Part shown: positions 61,601 through 64,000 of the stretch, in pieces
Layout of the letters: each line of letters starts with the position of its first letter
Numbering within the stretch: position 1 is the stretch's first letter
NCBI GenBank assembly: GCA_963740315.1
Contig: CAVUDP010000002.1
Span: 1,632,001 to 1,696,000, forward strand
DNA from: an uncultured cyanobacterium
GTDB lineage: Bacteria; Cyanobacteriota; Cyanobacteriia; Cyanobacteriales; Nostocaceae
Length of the DNA: 64,000 bases
Reading direction: 5' to 3'
Made by a program: the position numbers and the translations under genes
The notes under the pieces: model-generated
Told to the model about the DNA's origin: nothing
What the model saw: only the letters and a program-made list of their open reading frames with translations
The model's database searches: none

Positions 61601-64000
61601 TTCAATCCCGTTGCCGGGATTCATAAATAAGAAACTGTATTGCCAACAAAAATACAGCTAGACTTTAACTGTTTCAATCCCGTTGCCGGGATTCATAAAT
61701 AAGAAACAACACTAACTCAAGTGGTAGTAAGTTAACCATTAGTTTCAATCCCGTTGCCGGGATTCATAAATAAGAAACTGAACTGCCATATAGAAGAAGT
61801 TACCAGTTCTAAGTTTCAATCCCGTTGCCGGGATTCATAAATAAGAAACAAGACTCTTAATTATTCAGTAAGTTTAAAACGGGGGTTAGTTTCAATCCCG
61901 TTGCCGGGATTCATAAATAAGAAACTATTCGGGTGTGAGTCGGCTGAAGTAAATTTAAACCGTTTCAATCCCGTTGCCGGGATTCATAAATAAGAAACGA
62001 CGGATTCTATTTTGGTACCATTGCTGTGATATTGTTTCAATCCCGTTGCCGGGATTCATAAATAAGAAACAACTAAGGGGTAGTTGGGTACACAGAAAAG
62101 TTGCCTGTTTCAATCCCGTTGCCGGGATTCATAAATAAGAAACCCCTCAACGTTGCTGGTTTTAATGGTTCCCATGCCTGTTTCAATCCCGTTGCCGGGA
62201 TTCATAAATAAGAAACAAACACCGACTAACAATAGTGAAATAAAAATTTATTTGTTTCAATCCCGTTGCCGGGATTCATAAATAAGAAACAACTTAAAAG
62301 TAGAAGCAGAAGAAGACATTGAAATTGTTTCAATCCCGTTGCCGGGATTCATAAATAAGAAACCAGTAATAGCTGTGAAAATACACTTATCACTCTCAGT
62401 TTCAATCCCGTTGCCGGGATTCATAAATAAGAAACAAAAATCTACTTACCTTACATAGACCTTTTAAATCGTTTCAATCCCGTTGCCGGGATTCATAAAT
62501 AAGAAACACGCCTGCCTGCCCACACAAGAGTATAAATGGACACGTTTCAATCCCGTTGCCGGGATTCATAAATAAGAAACTTGGTTACTCAATTTCAAAA
62601 GATAGATTTTTCTAGTTTCAATCCCGTTGCCGGGATTCATAAATAAGAAACACAAAGGCATCAATTTATAAGGGTCTATATTTTGAAGTTTCAATCCCGT
62701 TGCCGGGATTCATAAATAAGAAACTATCTTTCTTTGCTTTTCTTGAATGTAAGACGAAAGTTTCAATCCCGTTGCCGGGATTCATAAATAAGAAACTAGA
62801 ATATTTTGCGTTTATACAGGCGGGTGATAAGTTTCAATCCCGTTGCCGGGATTCATAAATAAGAAACTAGAATTGAAGAATCTCGTAAGCTTGGAAATGA
62901 TGGTTTCAATCCCGTTGCCGGGATTCATAAATAAGAAACTTACCGGCTGTCATTTCAAGTCCGGTTAAAATTGCACGTTTCAATCCCGTTGCCGGGATTC
63001 ATAAATAAGAAACTTGAACTAAAGCCCCATAAGTAGACTTACCTTTATGTTTCAATCCCGTTGCCGGGATTCATAAATAAGAAACTCCTCAAGAAAACTT
63101 TCATCAATCTATAGGCGATTGTTTCAATCCCGTTGCCGGGATTCATAAATAAGAAACCCCAAAAAGAGTTAGCATCGACTACTAACGGTAATAGTTTCAA
63201 TCCCGTTGCCGGGATTCATAAATAAGAAACGACTTGAGGAGTAGTGAGAGGTTGGGGCATTTGCCTGTTTCAATCCCGTTGCCGGGATTCATAAATAAGA
63301 AACTTACATCAGCATTAATAGGTAATTGTCTAATAAGAAGTTTCAATCCCGTTGCCGGGATTCATAAATAAGAAACATAAAACAGTCCATTTTGATCGGC
63401 GAAGTCTTGAAAGTTTCAATCCCGTTGCCGGGATTCATAAATAAGAAACTTTAAAAGCGCGATCAGCCAACTTTTTAATAAACAGGTTTCAATCCCGTTG
63501 CCGGGATTCATAAATAAGAAACCGTTCCGTAAGCCATACGAAAGAACAATATCAAAGGTTTCAATCCCGTTGCCGGGATTCATAAATAAGAAACTTCCCA
63601 ATTATCTTGCTGCTGGAACTCAACGATTAAGTGTTTCAATCCCGTTGCCGGGATTCATAAATAAGAAACTATTCTCTCCACAATTTTTGTAGTAAAACCA
63701 TTCTTGTTTCAATCCCGTTGCCGGGATTCATAAATAAGAAACTTGAATTTCTGACTTATTGATATTAACCCCGCTTTCGAGTTTCAATCCCGTTGCCGGG
63801 ATTCATAAATAAGAAACTTGTCTCTTGTAGTTTGCTAATTTCTGTCTGTAAGTTTCAATCCCGTTGCCGGGATTCATAAATAAGAAACTTCTACGTTTTT
63901 CTACTTCCGGGTCGATATCTATCAGTTTCAATCCCGTTGCCGGGATTCATAAATAAGAAACTTTATCGATAAACATTTTAACGTTGTTAGGGTTTAAGTT
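58611..64000 (-). CRISPR. CRISPR array, about 74 complete 37-bp repeats, 33-40 bp spacers, continuing past the right edge; type I-D-like repeat
   Basis: Plus-strand repeat GTTTCAATCCCGTTGCCGGGATTCATAAATAAGAAAC. The minus-strand reading ends in ATTGAAAC and has the stem AATCCCG-GCAA-CGGGATT. The leftmost repeat is degenerate (T for G at 58611), consistent with the trailer end. Repeat count is by eye. Confidence 0.99.

Noticed and set aside
59724..63692. ORFs inside the CRISPR array (59724, 60665, 61017, 61051, 63416, 63498)
   Set aside because: Chance translations of repeat-spacer units
63818..63851. Possible self-targeting spacer: TTGTCTCTTGTAG also occurs at 1021-1033 in the ATPase gene
   Set aside because: Only about 13 nt match and the rest diverges; compatible with chance in AT-rich DNA
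54006..64000. Functional link between rtcB and the CRISPR array or the TOPRIM system
   Set aside because: Two unrelated housekeeping-type genes separate rtcB from the array, and the TOPRIM pair is over 50 kb away; proximity alone is not evidence

Overview
AT-rich chromosome window from a filamentous cyanobacterium, probably Nostocales. This is inferred from frequent HIP1 GCGATCGC octamers, heptamer STRR tracts and Uma2, COP23, CAAD and DUF1822 genes. Left to right: (1) an ABC-ATPase plus a TOPRIM-like gene (PARIS/OLD-like defence candidate, cut by the left edge); (2) a secreted six-repeat protein; (3) a sigma-like / DUF1822 / CHAT-nSTAND-TM-WD40 trio, followed by a rearranged, partly frameshifted island of secreted trypsin-like proteases, TPR proteins and COP23; (4) housekeeping genes (carotenoid oxygenase, aas, ylqD-family, pdhC); (5) accessory genes, including two decayed toxin-antitoxin remnants, a membrane spermidine synthase cluster with DUF4178, three paralogous methyltransferases and an orphan SMI1/KNR4 gene; (6) rtcB interrupted at its catalytic Cys by a 322-aa HNH intein; (7) a CRISPR array of about 74 repeats of 37 bp, type I-D-like, running off the right edge, with no cas genes in the window. 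Intergenic DNA is dense in hairpin REP/SDR-like repeats, MITEs and 56-116 bp tandem arrays, and some of these repeats have inserted in frame into the CHAT gene. The best candidate for a poorly described system is the sigma / DUF1822 / CHAT-STAND-WD40 module, a possible protease-gated sigma switch. All family assignments are from motif recognition by eye; no database search was run.
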